Assembly (NCBI GenBank): GCA_964531695.1
Contig: CAZHEH010000013.1
Location: forward strand, 6,000-69,999
From: an uncultured Planctomycetaceae bacterium
GTDB taxonomy: Bacteria; Planctomycetota; Phycisphaerae; SM23-33
Length of the DNA: 64,000 nt
Direction: 5' to 3'
Notes under the pieces: model-generated
The model's input: only the letters and a program-made list of their open reading frames with translations
What the model was told of the DNA's origin: nothing
The model's database searches: none
Shown: positions 40,458 to 50,654 of the stretch, piece after piece
How positions within the stretch are numbered: the stretch's first letter is position 1
Layout: each line of letters opens with the position of its first letter
Translations under genes and position numbers: made by a program

Positions 40458-40623
40458 GCAGAATCGTAGGAAGCGCGGGGCCGAGAGCGTACGGCCGACA
40501 AGCCGGGGACGCAAGCTCACCCGTCCCGCGCTGGACTCCGCCAGGCGAATCGCTATGGTCCAGGGAGGCGCGGACCGGCACGGAGCCGGTCCCCGGAGCG
40601 GACCCACCGCGGGAGAATCCGAC

Positions 40624-41997
40624 ATGCAGCACCCCAAAGTCGCCGTGCTCGGGGCCGGGAGCTTGTTCTTCGGCCGACAGGCCATCTGGCAGATGGTCCA
40701 CTCCGAGGTACTCCGCGAGGGTACGCTGGCACTGGTGGACACGAACCCCGAGCGGATGGACAAGATGGCCACGCTCGCCCGCAAGGCGATCGACCACGCG
40801 GGCGTGCCGCTGGCGCTCGAGGCCTCGACCGAACGCCGCGAGGTGCTCGAGGGCTGCGACTTCGTCGTGCTGAGCTTCGCCGATCAATCCGTCAAGTACC
40901 GCGGCATCGACTGCGACGTGTCGGAGAAGTACGGCATCCGCATGTGCAGCGGGGACACGATCGGCCCGGGCGGGGTCTTCCGGACCTTGCGCGAGTTCCC
41001 CCAGATCCTGGCGGCCTGCGAGGACGTCGAGCGGCAATGCCCGGACGCGTGGGTCATCAACTACATCAACCCCACTGCGGCCAACGGCATCGGCCTGCGG
41101 AAGTACGCTCCCCGGCTCAAGAGCTTCGCCCTGTGCGACGGGCTGCACATGCCGTGGATCAAGCGGGATTACGCCCGCCAGGCCGGGATCATCGGACCCG
41201 ATGACGACCTGACCGAGGACATCGACCGGCGCTTCGACTTCCGCATCGCCGGCCCGAATCACTTCACCTGGCTGCTCAAGGCCGAGTTCGACGGCGAGGA
41301 CGTGACGCACAGGATCGCCGAGGCCGTCCGCCAACGCGCGGCCGCCGAAACCGATGGCGACGACAAGGGCGCCAAGGCGAAGTTCAACGACACCATCGGC
41401 GACGCCCTCTACAACCTGTTCGGCCACGTACCCACCTGCGTCGCCCACACGAAGGAATACCTCCGCTTCTGGCAGGGGCTCGGGCGGACGGAAGAGCCGA
41501 TCCCGGCGTTGTCGATCTGGCAGACCGCTCCGCGTTACGAGGGGCACGCCGAGATGTGGCGGCAGGTCGACGCCTTCAACGCCGGCGAGAAGTCCATGGA
41601 AGAGTTCGTGGACGCATTCGGACCGGACCACGCCACGGACATCATCGAGAGCATGTGGGGCGGGCTCGGCAAGCCGTTCTTCCTCAATGTCGCCCAAGCC
41701 CGCGCCGTGCCGAACATGCCGGACGGGGCCTTCCTCGAATTGCTGTGCGACGTGGACATGGACGGCCCGCGCCCCCGCCCCGTCGGCGAGGCGCCCGTCG
41801 GCCTGCGCGGCCTCTGGCAGCAGGTATTGGACACCCACGAGTTGTCCGCCGACGCGGCCGTGAGCTGCGACCGGGCGATCCTCCGCCGGGCCATGCTTTG
41901 CGACCCGATCGTCAGCTCCATTGCCGATGCCGACGCGATCATCGAGGAGCTGCTCGACGCCGAGAAGGACGCACTCCCGGACGACTGGTGGAACTGA
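40624..41997 (+). CDS. Glycoside hydrolase family 4 (NAD+/Mn2+-dependent alpha-galactosidase/alpha-glucosidase, MelA/AglA-like)
   Basis: N-terminal Rossmann motif KVAVLGAGSLFFG, catalytic Cys region FALCDGLHMP, INYINPTA; convergent with galK. Confidence 0.8.
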   Translation: MQHPKVAVLGAGSLFFGRQAIWQMVHSEVLREGTLALVDTNPERMDKMATLARKAIDHAGVPLALEASTERREVLEGCDFVVLSFADQSVKYRGIDCDVSEKYGIRMCSGDTIGPGGVFRTLREFPQILAACEDVERQCPDAWVINYINPTAANGIGLRKYAPRLKSFALCDGLHMPWIKRDYARQAGIIGPDDDLTEDIDRRFDFRIAGPNHFTWLLKAEFDGEDVTHRIAEAVRQRAAAETDGDDKGAKAKFNDTIGDALYNLFGHVPTCVAHTKEYLRFWQGLGRTEEPIPALSIWQTAPRYEGHAEMWRQVDAFNAGEKSMEEFVDAFGPDHATDIIESMWGGLGKPFFLNVAQARAVPNMPDGAFLELLCDVDMDGPRPRPVGEAPVGLRGLWQQVLDTHELSADAAVSCDRAILRRAMLCDPIVSSIADADAIIEELLDAEKDALPDDWWN

Positions 41998-42004
41998 GAG
42001 CGCC

Positions 42005-43159
42005 CTACTCGGCCGGGCCGGCGCCGGCCGCGGCGCGCGTGGCGAAGATCGGACACCGGCGGCCGAAACGCTCGGCGAAGGCGGCGGCAATCGCGTCCTC
42101 GACGGCTTCCGCCCGGGCGGCGTCGGCGAGGAGGATCGCGCAGCCGCCGAAGCCGCCGCCGGTCATGCGGGCGCCGTGGACGCCCTCGCAGCCCTCGGCC
42201 GTGGCGACGATCGCGTCCAGCTCCGCGCAACTCACCTCGTAATCGTCCCGCAGCGACTCGTGCGAAGCGTACATCAGCTCGCCGAAGCTCAGCCAGTCGC
42301 CGCGCTCCATCGCCTCGACCGCCTGAAGCGTGCGGGCGATCTCCCCCACCACGTGGCGGGCCCGCATCAGCTCCGTGCCGCCCAGCACATCCGCCCGGTG
42401 CGCCTCGGCGAGTTGCCGCTCGGTGACATCGCGCAACGACGCCACGCCCAGCTTGCCCGCGGCCGCCTCGCACTGGGCCCGCCGCTGGGCGTACTCCCCG
42501 CCGCCAATCGAGTGGCTGACCTGTGTATTCGCCACGAGCAGCACCAGGGAGGGCTCGTCGAACCGCACGTGCCGCGTCTCGCCGCTGCGACAGTCGAGCA
42601 GCAGGGCCCGGCCCGCCCGGCCCATGACGGCGATGGACTGATCCATGATGCCGCAGGGGGAGTTGGCGAACTCGTGCTCGGCCCGCTGGCAGAGGAGCAC
42701 CAGGTCGCGGTCGGTGAGCTTCTTCCGCGCCCCCGCAACGGCCAGCAGTGCCTCGGCCGTGGCGACCTCGAGCGATGCCGAGGAGGACAGCCCGCCGCCG
42801 ATGGGCACGTCGCTGTCGAACAGGACGTCGCAACCGTGGAGCTTGATCTTGGCGTCCCGCAGCCCGGCCGCGACGCCCTTGGGGTAGTTCGCCCACGCGG
42901 GCCTGCCGGGGACGATCTCGCCGGTCAGATCGATCTCGGCCGGCTCGTCCGCCTGGCAGGAGCGGAAGGACGCGTGCGTATCTTCGCGCGGGGCATAGAG
43001 GGCGACGGTCCGCCGCTCGATGGCGATGGGCAGGACGAACCCGTCGTTGTAGTCCGTGTGCTCGCCGATCAGGTTGACACGTCCCGGGGCCTGCGCCGCG
43101 CCGGCCGGCTCGCGCCCGAAGGCGGCGGCGAACGCCGCCCTCCGTTCCGTGGGATTCAT
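42005..43159 (-). CDS. galK: Galactokinase
   Basis: GHMP kinase signature PGRVNLIGEHTDYNDGFVLPIAI, ATP-binding P-loop PIGGGLSSSASL and C-terminal GARMTGGGFGGC. Confidence 0.9.
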   Translation of the reverse strand: MNPTERRAAFAAAFGREPAGAAQAPGRVNLIGEHTDYNDGFVLPIAIERRTVALYAPREDTHASFRSCQADEPAEIDLTGEIVPGRPAWANYPKGVAAGLRDAKIKLHGCDVLFDSDVPIGGGLSSSASLEVATAEALLAVAGARKKLTDRDLVLLCQRAEHEFANSPCGIMDQSIAVMGRAGRALLLDCRSGETRHVRFDEPSLVLLVANTQVSHSIGGGEYAQRRAQCEAAAGKLGVASLRDVTERQLAEAHRADVLGGTELMRARHVVGEIARTLQAVEAMERGDWLSFGELMYASHESLRDDYEVSCAELDAIVATAEGCEGVHGARMTGGGFGGCAILLADAARAEAVEDAIAAAFAERFGRRCPIFATRAAAGAGPAE

Positions 43160-43204
43160 GGCCGGGACGGTAGCGTCGGCTCCGCGAGCCGTCAAGTCGC
43201 CCGG

Positions 43205-43286
43205 AAAAGGGGACAGGCAACTTCTTTCGCGCAGAGATCTGCGACTGTCACGAATCGCTCCAGCAGAAAGCTGCCTGTCCCCTTTT
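43205..43286. repeat. Palindromic repeat element, copy 2 (same 19-bp terminal inverted repeats as 22629-22712; different core)
   Basis: AAAAGGGGACAGGCAACTT ... AAGCTGCCTGTCCCCTTTT; intergenic between galK and the DUF3750 gene. Confidence 0.5.
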
Positions 43287-43310
43287 CCTACCTGTGGTGG
43301 ATCGCATCTG

Positions 43311-43826
43311 CTACGGCAGCGGGTAGCCGCTTCCGACGGCGGCGAGCGGCAAAGCGAAGTCGATATCCGCCTGGCGGAGGACCCACGTGATATACGTGTT
43401 GCTGTTCGGGCCGGGCCAGTAGGCGTACTCGTCGCGGTACGGGTAGTCGCCCGGGCGGCTCAGGACCACCAGGAGGCGGACCGCCTCGTCGCCGCGCCAT
43501 TCGGCCACGGCCCAGCTCGGCCCCGCACCGACGCCGGAGGTCGGGCCTGAGTTGTTGACGCGCAGATGGCCGTGCGCACCCCCGGCGTCCTGCCAGACCT
43601 CCCAGCGATGCCAGCGCTCGCCCGGCGCATAGTTGCCGACGAACCAGCAGTGCACGGCGATGTCCTCGATGTGCGGAATCCGGGCGGCGCGAAGCTGCAC
43701 GATGGGGCCCTCGACCTCGCCCGGCTTTGTGAATCCCGACTGGTCCGGCACGTGAACGCAGCCGGACGACCCGGACAGAGCCGCCAGAACCAGAGCCGCC
43801 GCCGCGCGTGGAACCGGATGCCGCAT
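43311..43826 (-). CDS. DUF3750-like lipoprotein
   Basis: Signal peptide plus lipobox LSGSSGC; the conserved YWPGPNSNTY block matches what I recall of DUF3750. Confidence 0.5.
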   Translation of the reverse strand: MRHPVPRAAAALVLAALSGSSGCVHVPDQSGFTKPGEVEGPIVQLRAARIPHIEDIAVHCWFVGNYAPGERWHRWEVWQDAGGAHGHLRVNNSGPTSGVGAGPSWAVAEWRGDEAVRLLVVLSRPGDYPYRDEYAYWPGPNSNTYITWVLRQADIDFALPLAAVGSGYPLP

Positions 43827-43896
43827 GTCAGAGAACACATACCCTCCCCGCCGACGCGCGCGCAAACTCGGACGGACCCGAGTCGTCGATCGTCGA

Positions 43897-44478
43897 TCAG
43901 ACCAGGTCGCACGCCTCCGGCGGCATCCAGTGTTCTTCCTTGCCCTGCCACTTGACGTTACAGCCGATGGGGTTCGTCACCGGCACCGGCGGCTCGTTGT
44001 CGTCCAGCAGGGCGTCGAGGGCATCGTGCAGCTCCCGGGTGGTCTCCTTGCCCGGCTCGCGAGGGTTGTCGTCCATCCGGCCGGTGTAGCGGAGCTTGCG
44101 GTCCGCGTCGAAGACGAAGTAGTGCGGCGTCCGCAATGCGCCGTATGCCATGGCCACCTTCTGCGTGTCGTCCCGCAGATACGGCCAGGGGAAGCCCTTC
44201 TCCTTGGCGCGGATGACCATGTGCTCGTAGTCGTCGGTCGGGTGGTTCTCCGTCTCGTTCGAGTTGATGCCGACCATTGCCACGCCCTTGTCGGCGTAAT
44301 CGTTGTACAACTCGAGCATGCGGTCTTCCGAGCCGACCACGAACGGGCAGTGGTTGCAGGTGAACACGACGAGGAGGATCTTCGCGTCCGCGAAGTCCGC
44401 CAGCGAGTAGCTCTTGCCGTCCGTCCCGCACAGCGAGAAGTCCGGCGCCTCTTCACCGATTTGCAGCGTGAATGCCAT
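43897..44478 (-). CDS. Thioredoxin-fold thiol-disulfide oxidoreductase (redoxin/AhpC-TSA family)
   Basis: FTCNHCP active-site motif (CxxC) in a redoxin scaffold. Confidence 0.75.
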   Translation of the reverse strand: MAFTLQIGEEAPDFSLCGTDGKSYSLADFADAKILLVVFTCNHCPFVVGSEDRMLELYNDYADKGVAMVGINSNETENHPTDDYEHMVIRAKEKGFPWPYLRDDTQKVAMAYGALRTPHYFVFDADRKLRYTGRMDDNPREPGKETTRELHDALDALLDDNEPPVPVTNPIGCNVKWQGKEEHWMPPEACDLV

Positions 44479-44555
44479 GGACAAGCTCCTTCAGTCTTGG
44501 GTTCGCCCCATTATAGCGTGCCCCCCTTCGGGCAAGCCGTCGCCGCCGGCCGAAC

Positions 44556-45545
44556 TCAACCGGGACGCGACGCCAAGTACGACTCGTACCACGAGATCGT
44601 CCGGCCCAGCCCCCCGCGGAGGTCGTACTCCGCCCGCCATCCGAGCGTCCGGCGGGCCTTGGCCGCGTCGAGCGTCTGCTCGCGTATCTCGGCGGAGGCG
44701 GTATTGCGAATGTCCGGTTCCAGGTGAGATTTGCCCGTCAAATCGAGGATCAACTCGACGACCTCGAGCACCGTCACGCGAGACTCCGTGCTGAAGTTGA
44801 ACGCCTCGCCGGCGACGCGCGGGTCGGCGATCTGCTCGGCGAGCGCCAGATAGCCGGAAACCACGTCGTCAAGGTAGATGTAGTCGCGGATGAACTGCCC
44901 GTCGCTGCGGAGGATCGGGCGCTCGTCCCGCAGAGCCCAGCGAATGACACCGGGCACGATGCGGTCCCAGTTCAGATCGCCGGCACCGTAGATGTTGCCG
45001 CAACGGCTGACCGCCACCGGCAGGCCGTAGGTGTTCCAATAGGTCCGCGAGATCAGGTCCGTGCAGCTCTTCGACACGTCGTACGGGTGCTCGCCCGCCA
45101 GCGGATCCCCCTCCGTGTACTGGCTGCCCGAGAGGCGTCCATAGGCCTTGTCGCTGGAGGCGACGACCACGCCAATCAGCTCCTCCCGCTGCCGCCGGCA
45201 GGCCTCCAGCAGGCAATAGGTGCCGCGGACGTTACTCTCGAAGGTGTCGAGCGGCGCCCGCAGGGCAGCGAGCACCTGCGTCTGGGCGCCGAGATGGAAG
45301 ACGTACTCGATGCCGTTCTCGGCCAGGGCCCGCTCCAGGGCGCGGATGTCCTCCAATCGCCCGTGGACGACCTTGACAAGTCTTTCCGTGCCCGCACGGT
45401 AGAACTCGCTCCGCGGGTCGACATCGCGCACCAAGGCGGTAACCTCGGCGCCGGCGTTCGCCAGCGAGGCGGTCAGTGCCGAGCCGACCATGCCGGTCGC
45501 CCCGGTCACGAAAACCCGACGCCCGTTGAAGCGTTCCGGCCTCAT
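44556..45545 (-). CDS. rfbG: CDP-glucose 4,6-dehydratase (SDR extended family)
   Basis: Rossmann motif VFVTGATGMVGS, catalytic YDVSK, C-terminal NFS...LGW; the 4-nt ATGA overlap with upstream rfbF matches the canonical rfbF-rfbG pair. Confidence 0.8.
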   Translation of the reverse strand: MRPERFNGRRVFVTGATGMVGSALTASLANAGAEVTALVRDVDPRSEFYRAGTERLVKVVHGRLEDIRALERALAENGIEYVFHLGAQTQVLAALRAPLDTFESNVRGTYCLLEACRRQREELIGVVVASSDKAYGRLSGSQYTEGDPLAGEHPYDVSKSCTDLISRTYWNTYGLPVAVSRCGNIYGAGDLNWDRIVPGVIRWALRDERPILRSDGQFIRDYIYLDDVVSGYLALAEQIADPRVAGEAFNFSTESRVTVLEVVELILDLTGKSHLEPDIRNTASAEIREQTLDAAKARRTLGWRAEYDLRGGLGRTISWYESYLASRPG

Positions 45546-46318
45546 CCCCACACCTTCCAGGGCGGTTCGCCCTCGTCCCACAGCGCGTTGAGCATGCGGA
45601 CGTCCCGCAGCGTGTCCATGCACTGCCAGAAGCCGTAGTGCCGGTATGCGTACAGCTCACCGTCGGACGTCATCGCCTCCAGCGGGTCGCGCTCGAACGG
45701 TGTCTCGTCCCCGGCGATGTACTCCAGCACGCGCGGCTCGAGGACGAAGAAACCGCCGTTGATCCAGCCCTCCTTGGCCTGGAGCTTCTCGGCGAACTGC
45801 CGCACCGAGCCGTCGTCCTCGCTGATGTCGAGGTAGCCGTAGCGGGCCGGCGGCCGCACGGCCGTCATGGTGGCGGTCTTGCCGTGCGCCTTGTGGAACT
45901 CGACCAGGGCCTTGACGTCGACGTTGGACACGCCGTCGCCGTAGGTCAGCAGGAACGTCTCGTTGCCGATCCAGTCGGCGATGCGCTTGAGCCGCCCCCC
46001 GGTCAGCGTGTCCTCGCCGGTGTCGACGAGGTGGACCATCCAGTTCTCCTCGGCCGGCTTGCGGCGGATCGACTGGTTGGACGCCAGCGACACGCTGATG
46101 TCGCCCTGGAGCGAGTGATAATCCAGGAAGAAGTGCTTGATGATCTCACCCTTGTAGCCGAGGGCGACGATGAACTCCTCCACCCCATAGTGGGCGTAGG
46201 CCTTCATGATGTGCCAGAGGATGGGCCGCCCGCCGATCTCAACCATCGGCTTCGGGATGCGGTCGGTCTGCTCGGCCAGCCGGGTTCCGTAGCCGCCTGC
46301 GAGGATGACTGCCTTCAT
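45542..46318 (-). CDS. rfbF: Glucose-1-phosphate cytidylyltransferase
   Basis: MKAVILAGGYGTRL...IPKPMVEIGGRPILWHIM is essentially the RfbF signature; 258 aa. Confidence 0.85.
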   Translation of the reverse strand: MKAVILAGGYGTRLAEQTDRIPKPMVEIGGRPILWHIMKAYAHYGVEEFIVALGYKGEIIKHFFLDYHSLQGDISVSLASNQSIRRKPAEENWMVHLVDTGEDTLTGGRLKRIADWIGNETFLLTYGDGVSNVDVKALVEFHKAHGKTATMTAVRPPARYGYLDISEDDGSVRQFAEKLQAKEGWINGGFFVLEPRVLEYIAGDETPFERDPLEAMTSDGELYAYRHYGFWQCMDTLRDVRMLNALWDEGEPPWKVWG

Positions 46319-46456
46319 GTCCGATCCGTCCTCGTATCCGGGGCGCCAGGTGCCGTTCAGCGTCCGGGCGTCGGGCACCGGCGATTGCTCGATAGTCAAT
46401 CGGAAGCGGCGGCTCGACGCAACAGGCGATTTGCCACGGCCTTGCGGTCGACGGGG

Positions 46457-46717
46457 CTACTTCTTCCCCTTCTTCTTGCGCTTTTTGCCGTCCGTGCCCC
46501 AGCAACAGCGCTTGTACTTCCGTCCGGAGCCGCACGGGCAGGGATCGTTCCGGCCGGGCTCGTCGTCCGCCTGGATCGGCTCGACCTTCTCCGTCCGCTC
46601 GAGCAGTTCCTCCTCGGCCTCGATGTCCTCGGTGCTGCGAGCGCCCTTGGCCAGGTCGCCGAGCTTCTGCTTCTTCTGCCGCTTCGAAAAGCGGTCGCCG
46701 ATTCTGTCTCGCGCCAT
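46457..46717 (-). CDS. SEC-C motif small basic protein
   Basis: C-terminal [16 protein letters not shown] zinc-binding motif identical in spacing to the SecA tail; Lys-rich tail; immediately downstream of secA. Confidence 0.7.
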   Translation of the reverse strand: MARDRIGDRFSKRQKKQKLGDLAKGARSTEDIEAEEELLERTEKVEPIQADDEPGRNDPCPCGSGRKYKRCCWGTDGKKRKKKGKK

Positions 46718-46849
46718 GGAACATCCTCCCGAAACGGTCTCACCAAAGAGCATGCAGAGGAACACGGAACGAACAGCACCGCCGCATCCGGACCCGTGCG
46801 ATCCGGCCGGATCTCCGGTCTTCTTCTCGTCCTCCGGGGTAAACCGCCG

Positions 46850-49800
46850 TTACAAGTTCTTGCCGCAGCACTTTTTGTACTTCTTGCCCGAGCCACACGG
46901 GCAGGGGTCGTTCCGGCCGACCTTGGGCTGCTCGCGGACGATCGTCGCGACCTTCTGCGGGCCGCCCGGCCGGCGGTCCATGTCCTGGGTAAGGTTGTCG
47001 TACGCGCTGAGCTGCTCGTGCACCATGTTCGACACCTGGTACACGCTGGACATCTCGTGCTCGCCGGTCAGGCGCACCTTGAAGATCATGTCCGTGACCT
47101 TCTCCCGAACGCCGGAGAGCATCTCCTGGAACAGCCGCGAGCCCTCCCGCTTGTACGCCACGCGAGGATCCTGCTCCGCGTAGCTGCGCAGCCCGATGCC
47201 GCTCTTGAGATGGTCCATCGCCAGCAGGTGGTCCTTCCAAGAGCTGTCGAAAATCTGCAGCAGGACGAACCGCTCCAGCTCCGTCATCTCGCGCCGGCAG
47301 AAGCGCCGCCCGGCGCGAAGCAGTGCCTCGTAGGGGTCGCGCTCCAGCTCGGCCGGGTCGAGCTTCGTGTCGAATCGCTGCTCGGCGAAGCGCCCGGCCG
47401 GCTCCGGGTCGGGCCGCGCCCCGACCGTATGCCGGATCAACTGCTCCAGCCGGTCGCCCCGCAGCCACCCCTCGCTCATGTCGACAAGGCGCCGGCGAAT
47501 CTCGGCCGGCTTCATGCCGGCGACCTGCTCGCCCGTCCAGCCCGCGTCGTACTTGCGGTTGGCCCACTCGGCCAGGGCGTTGCAGGCGTAAATGTTGTCC
47601 AGTCCGCCCCGCCCGATGGTGCGCTCCATCGCGTACTCGACCGGGTACTCCACCTCGCGCTGGCGGTAGGCCGCCTCGACCTTCTCGAACAGCCGCTTCT
47701 CGACGGCCGCGGGGCCGCCGGACAGGTCCTCCGCATCCATGTCGATGCCGAACTTCGAGCGGGCCCACTCCGCCAGGGCGCCCTCGGCGAACCCCTCCTC
47801 CAGGTACCGCCCGAGCGGGGCCAGCTCCATGGCGTCGATCCGCTCTCGAGCCGCCGCCGAGAGTTCCCGCTCCACCTCGGGCGGGTCCATCCTGCGCAGT
47901 TGGGACTGCGAGAGATTCACGCCGAATCGGCTCATCGCCCAGCCGCTGAGCCCCTTCAGGTCCCACTCCTTGCGGTCCAGGTCCTCGCTCATGTACTCGC
48001 CGAGCGTGATGCCGATGGTCGTGTCCGCCTCGTCCTTCGCACGCTCGCGAAGCTGCTGCTCGAGGTCGGGCAGGTCCTCGAGGGAATCGGCCTTGATCTG
48101 CTCCGGCTCGACGGGGCATTGAAGCGTCTTGCGGGCCCACTCGGCGATGCACCGGCTCGCGTAGTCGCCGCCGAGATAGTTGCCCACCGCCTCGCCGACC
48201 GACTCGCCGACCAGGTCCATCACCAGGTCTTCCAGCCCGCGGCCCTCGAGCACCTGCTGGCGCTGCGAGTAGTACTCCCGCCGCTGGTAGTCCATCACCT
48301 CGTCGTATTCGAGCAGGTTCTTGCGCGACTCGAAGTTCCGTTCCTCGACCTTCCGCTGGGCCCGCTCGATGCCCTTGGACACGCGCGGGTGCTCGATGGC
48401 CTGTTCGCCCTGCAACCCCAGCCAACTTAACACCTTGAGCGTCCACGGCCCGGCGAAGACCGCCATCAGGTCGTCGCGGATCGAGATGAAGAAGCGGCTC
48501 GAGCCCGGGTCCCCCTGGCGGCCCGACCGGCCCCGGAGCTGGTTGTCGATCCGCCGCGCTTCGTGCCGTTCCGTACCGACGATGTGAAGACCGCACGGCA
48601 CCTCGCGGGCGCACTCCGTCCGGCCACGGAGCGGGAAGGCCGAGTCCAGCTTCGGCTTCCAGCAGTGCGCGCAATTCGTCGACGGGTCGTACTGCTCGCA
48701 GTGGATGCAACACTTCGTCACGCCCGCGGGATACAGCGCCTCGGGCTCCAGTCCCAGCTCGCGCAGCTTCTCGTCCGATGGAACCTTGCACTTCGGGTAG
48801 ACCACGCCCTCGCCGAGCTTGATGTCGGTGCCGCGCCCAGCCATGTTCGTGGCGATGGTCACGTTGCCGACCATCTGGCTGGAGCCCTGCTTGATCGGAC
48901 GCTGCTGGCCCGCCTTGGCGACGACCGACCCCTCGCGGGCCGCGTTTTCGATGCGCCCGTTGAGCACCTCGTGCTCGACGCCGTAGCTCCGCGTGAGCAT
49001 CTCGGAGATCTTCTCGGACTTCTCGATGCTCGTGGTGCCGACCAGCACCGGCCGGCCGGACTTCGAGACCGAGTTCACCTCCTCGACGATCGCCTTGTAC
49101 TTGCCGTCGACGTCGCCGTAGATGCGGTCGTTGTGGTCGACGCGGTTGACCGGGCGATTCGTCGGCACCGCCGCGGTGTCCAGCTTGTAGATATTGGCGA
49201 ACTCCGCCGCCTCCGTCATGGCCGTGCCGGTCATGCCGGCGAGCTTCGTGTACAGCTTGAAGAAGTTCTGGTAGGTGATCGTCCCCTCGGTCTGCGTCTC
49301 CTGTTTGATCCGGACGCCTTCCTTGGCCTCGACGGCCTGGTGGAGCCCGTCGGACCACTCGCGCCCCTCCAGCAGCCGCCCGGTGAACTCGTCGACGATG
49401 ACGACCCGACCGTCCTGGACGACATAGTCCTTGTCCTTCTCGCGCACCAGACGGGCGCACAGGGCCTGCTCCATCAGGTGCGGCCATTCCATGTTCGCCC
49501 CGACGTAGAAGCTGCCGACCCCGGCGATGTCCTGGGCCTCGACGATGCCCTCGTCGGTCATGTGGACGCTCTTGCGGTCCAGCTCGACCTCGTAGAGCTT
49601 GGTCCGCTGTTCCAGCTCCTCCTCGGCCGCGGCGAGGTCGACGCGGGCCTTCTCCAGCCGCTTGCGGGCCTTCTCCTTGGCGTCGCCGGACTTTCCGGAC
49701 TTGTCCACCTCGCCCTCCAGCGCGGTCACCTCGCGCTTGAGGGCCTCGACCCGGTCGTTGGCCCGCTCCCACGGCCGGTTGCGGGAAACCAGCTCCCGCG

Positions 49801-50563
49801 CGACGGCGTCGGCCTTGCGGAAGCGGTCGGTGTCCCCGTGGCTCATGCCCGAGATGATCAGCGGCGTGCGGGCCTCGTCGATCAGGATGCTGTCGACCTC
49901 GTCGATGATGGCGAAGCCCAGCTCGCCCTGCACCTGGTCCGCGACGGAGAGCTTCATGTTGTCTCGGAGGTAGTCGAAGCCGAATTCGCTGTTCATGCCG
50001 TAGGTCACGTCACACGCGTACGCCTGCTTGCGGGCCTCGGCCCCCTCGCCGAAGGACGGCATGTCGGAGGTGATGTAGCCGACCGTCATGTCGAGCAGCT
50101 CGAACACGGGCCGGGCGAACTCGGCGTCCCGGGCGACCAGGGCGTCGTTCGTGGTCACCACATGCGCCTTCAGGCCGTCCAGCCAGGCCATGTAGACGGC
50201 CGGATAGCACGCGATGGTCTTGCCCTCGCCCGTGGCCTCCTCGGCGATCCACCCCTCGTCGAGGATCAGGCCGGCGACGAGCTGCACGTCGAAGTGACGA
50301 TGGCTCCGAGCACGGCGGGACGCCTCGCGGACCAGCGCGAAGGCCTCGGGCTTGATCGCCTCGCGGCTTTGGCCTTGCTCGCGGCGGCGCTTCAACTCCC
50401 GGCTGCGGGCGGGCAGGTCCTCGTCCTTCAGCGCGCGCATTTCCTCCTCGAGCGGGTTGACCCGCTCTCGCACATAGCTCAGACGCGCCCGGACGATCCG
50501 GTCGTTCCGCGTGCCGCCGATGAGCTTCAGAAACGCATTGCTGAGGAAGCTGAGCATCGTCAA
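46850..50563 (-). CDS. secA: Preprotein translocase ATPase SecA (long form, 1237 aa)
   Basis: DEAD-motor motifs, PPXD and the C-terminal [20 protein letters not shown]; about 300 aa of insertions relative to E. coli SecA. Confidence 0.95.
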   Translation of the reverse strand: MTMLSFLSNAFLKLIGGTRNDRIVRARLSYVRERVNPLEEEMRALKDEDLPARSRELKRRREQGQSREAIKPEAFALVREASRRARSHRHFDVQLVAGLILDEGWIAEEATGEGKTIACYPAVYMAWLDGLKAHVVTTNDALVARDAEFARPVFELLDMTVGYITSDMPSFGEGAEARKQAYACDVTYGMNSEFGFDYLRDNMKLSVADQVQGELGFAIIDEVDSILIDEARTPLIISGMSHGDTDRFRKADAVARELVSRNRPWERANDRVEALKREVTALEGEVDKSGKSGDAKEKARKRLEKARVDLAAAEEELEQRTKLYEVELDRKSVHMTDEGIVEAQDIAGVGSFYVGANMEWPHLMEQALCARLVREKDKDYVVQDGRVVIVDEFTGRLLEGREWSDGLHQAVEAKEGVRIKQETQTEGTITYQNFFKLYTKLAGMTGTAMTEAAEFANIYKLDTAAVPTNRPVNRVDHNDRIYGDVDGKYKAIVEEVNSVSKSGRPVLVGTTSIEKSEKISEMLTRSYGVEHEVLNGRIENAAREGSVVAKAGQQRPIKQGSSQMVGNVTIATNMAGRGTDIKLGEGVVYPKCKVPSDEKLRELGLEPEALYPAGVTKCCIHCEQYDPSTNCAHCWKPKLDSAFPLRGRTECAREVPCGLHIVGTERHEARRIDNQLRGRSGRQGDPGSSRFFISIRDDLMAVFAGPWTLKVLSWLGLQGEQAIEHPRVSKGIERAQRKVEERNFESRKNLLEYDEVMDYQRREYYSQRQQVLEGRGLEDLVMDLVGESVGEAVGNYLGGDYASRCIAEWARKTLQCPVEPEQIKADSLEDLPDLEQQLRERAKDEADTTIGITLGEYMSEDLDRKEWDLKGLSGWAMSRFGVNLSQSQLRRMDPPEVERELSAAARERIDAMELAPLGRYLEEGFAEGALAEWARSKFGIDMDAEDLSGGPAAVEKRLFEKVEAAYRQREVEYPVEYAMERTIGRGGLDNIYACNALAEWANRKYDAGWTGEQVAGMKPAEIRRRLVDMSEGWLRGDRLEQLIRHTVGARPDPEPAGRFAEQRFDTKLDPAELERDPYEALLRAGRRFCRREMTELERFVLLQIFDSSWKDHLLAMDHLKSGIGLRSYAEQDPRVAYKREGSRLFQEMLSGVREKVTDMIFKVRLTGEHEMSSVYQVSNMVHEQLSAYDNLTQDMDRRPGGPQKVATIVREQPKVGRNDPCPCGSGKKYKKCCGKNL

Positions 50564-50654
50564 AGGCCCCGGTGAAGTCGGGAATGCTCAAGTATCCCAT
50601 CTTGACGCGTGAGCGGTCAAGCGGGGCACGGCGGGCGCCCGCAGCGGGGTGCGA

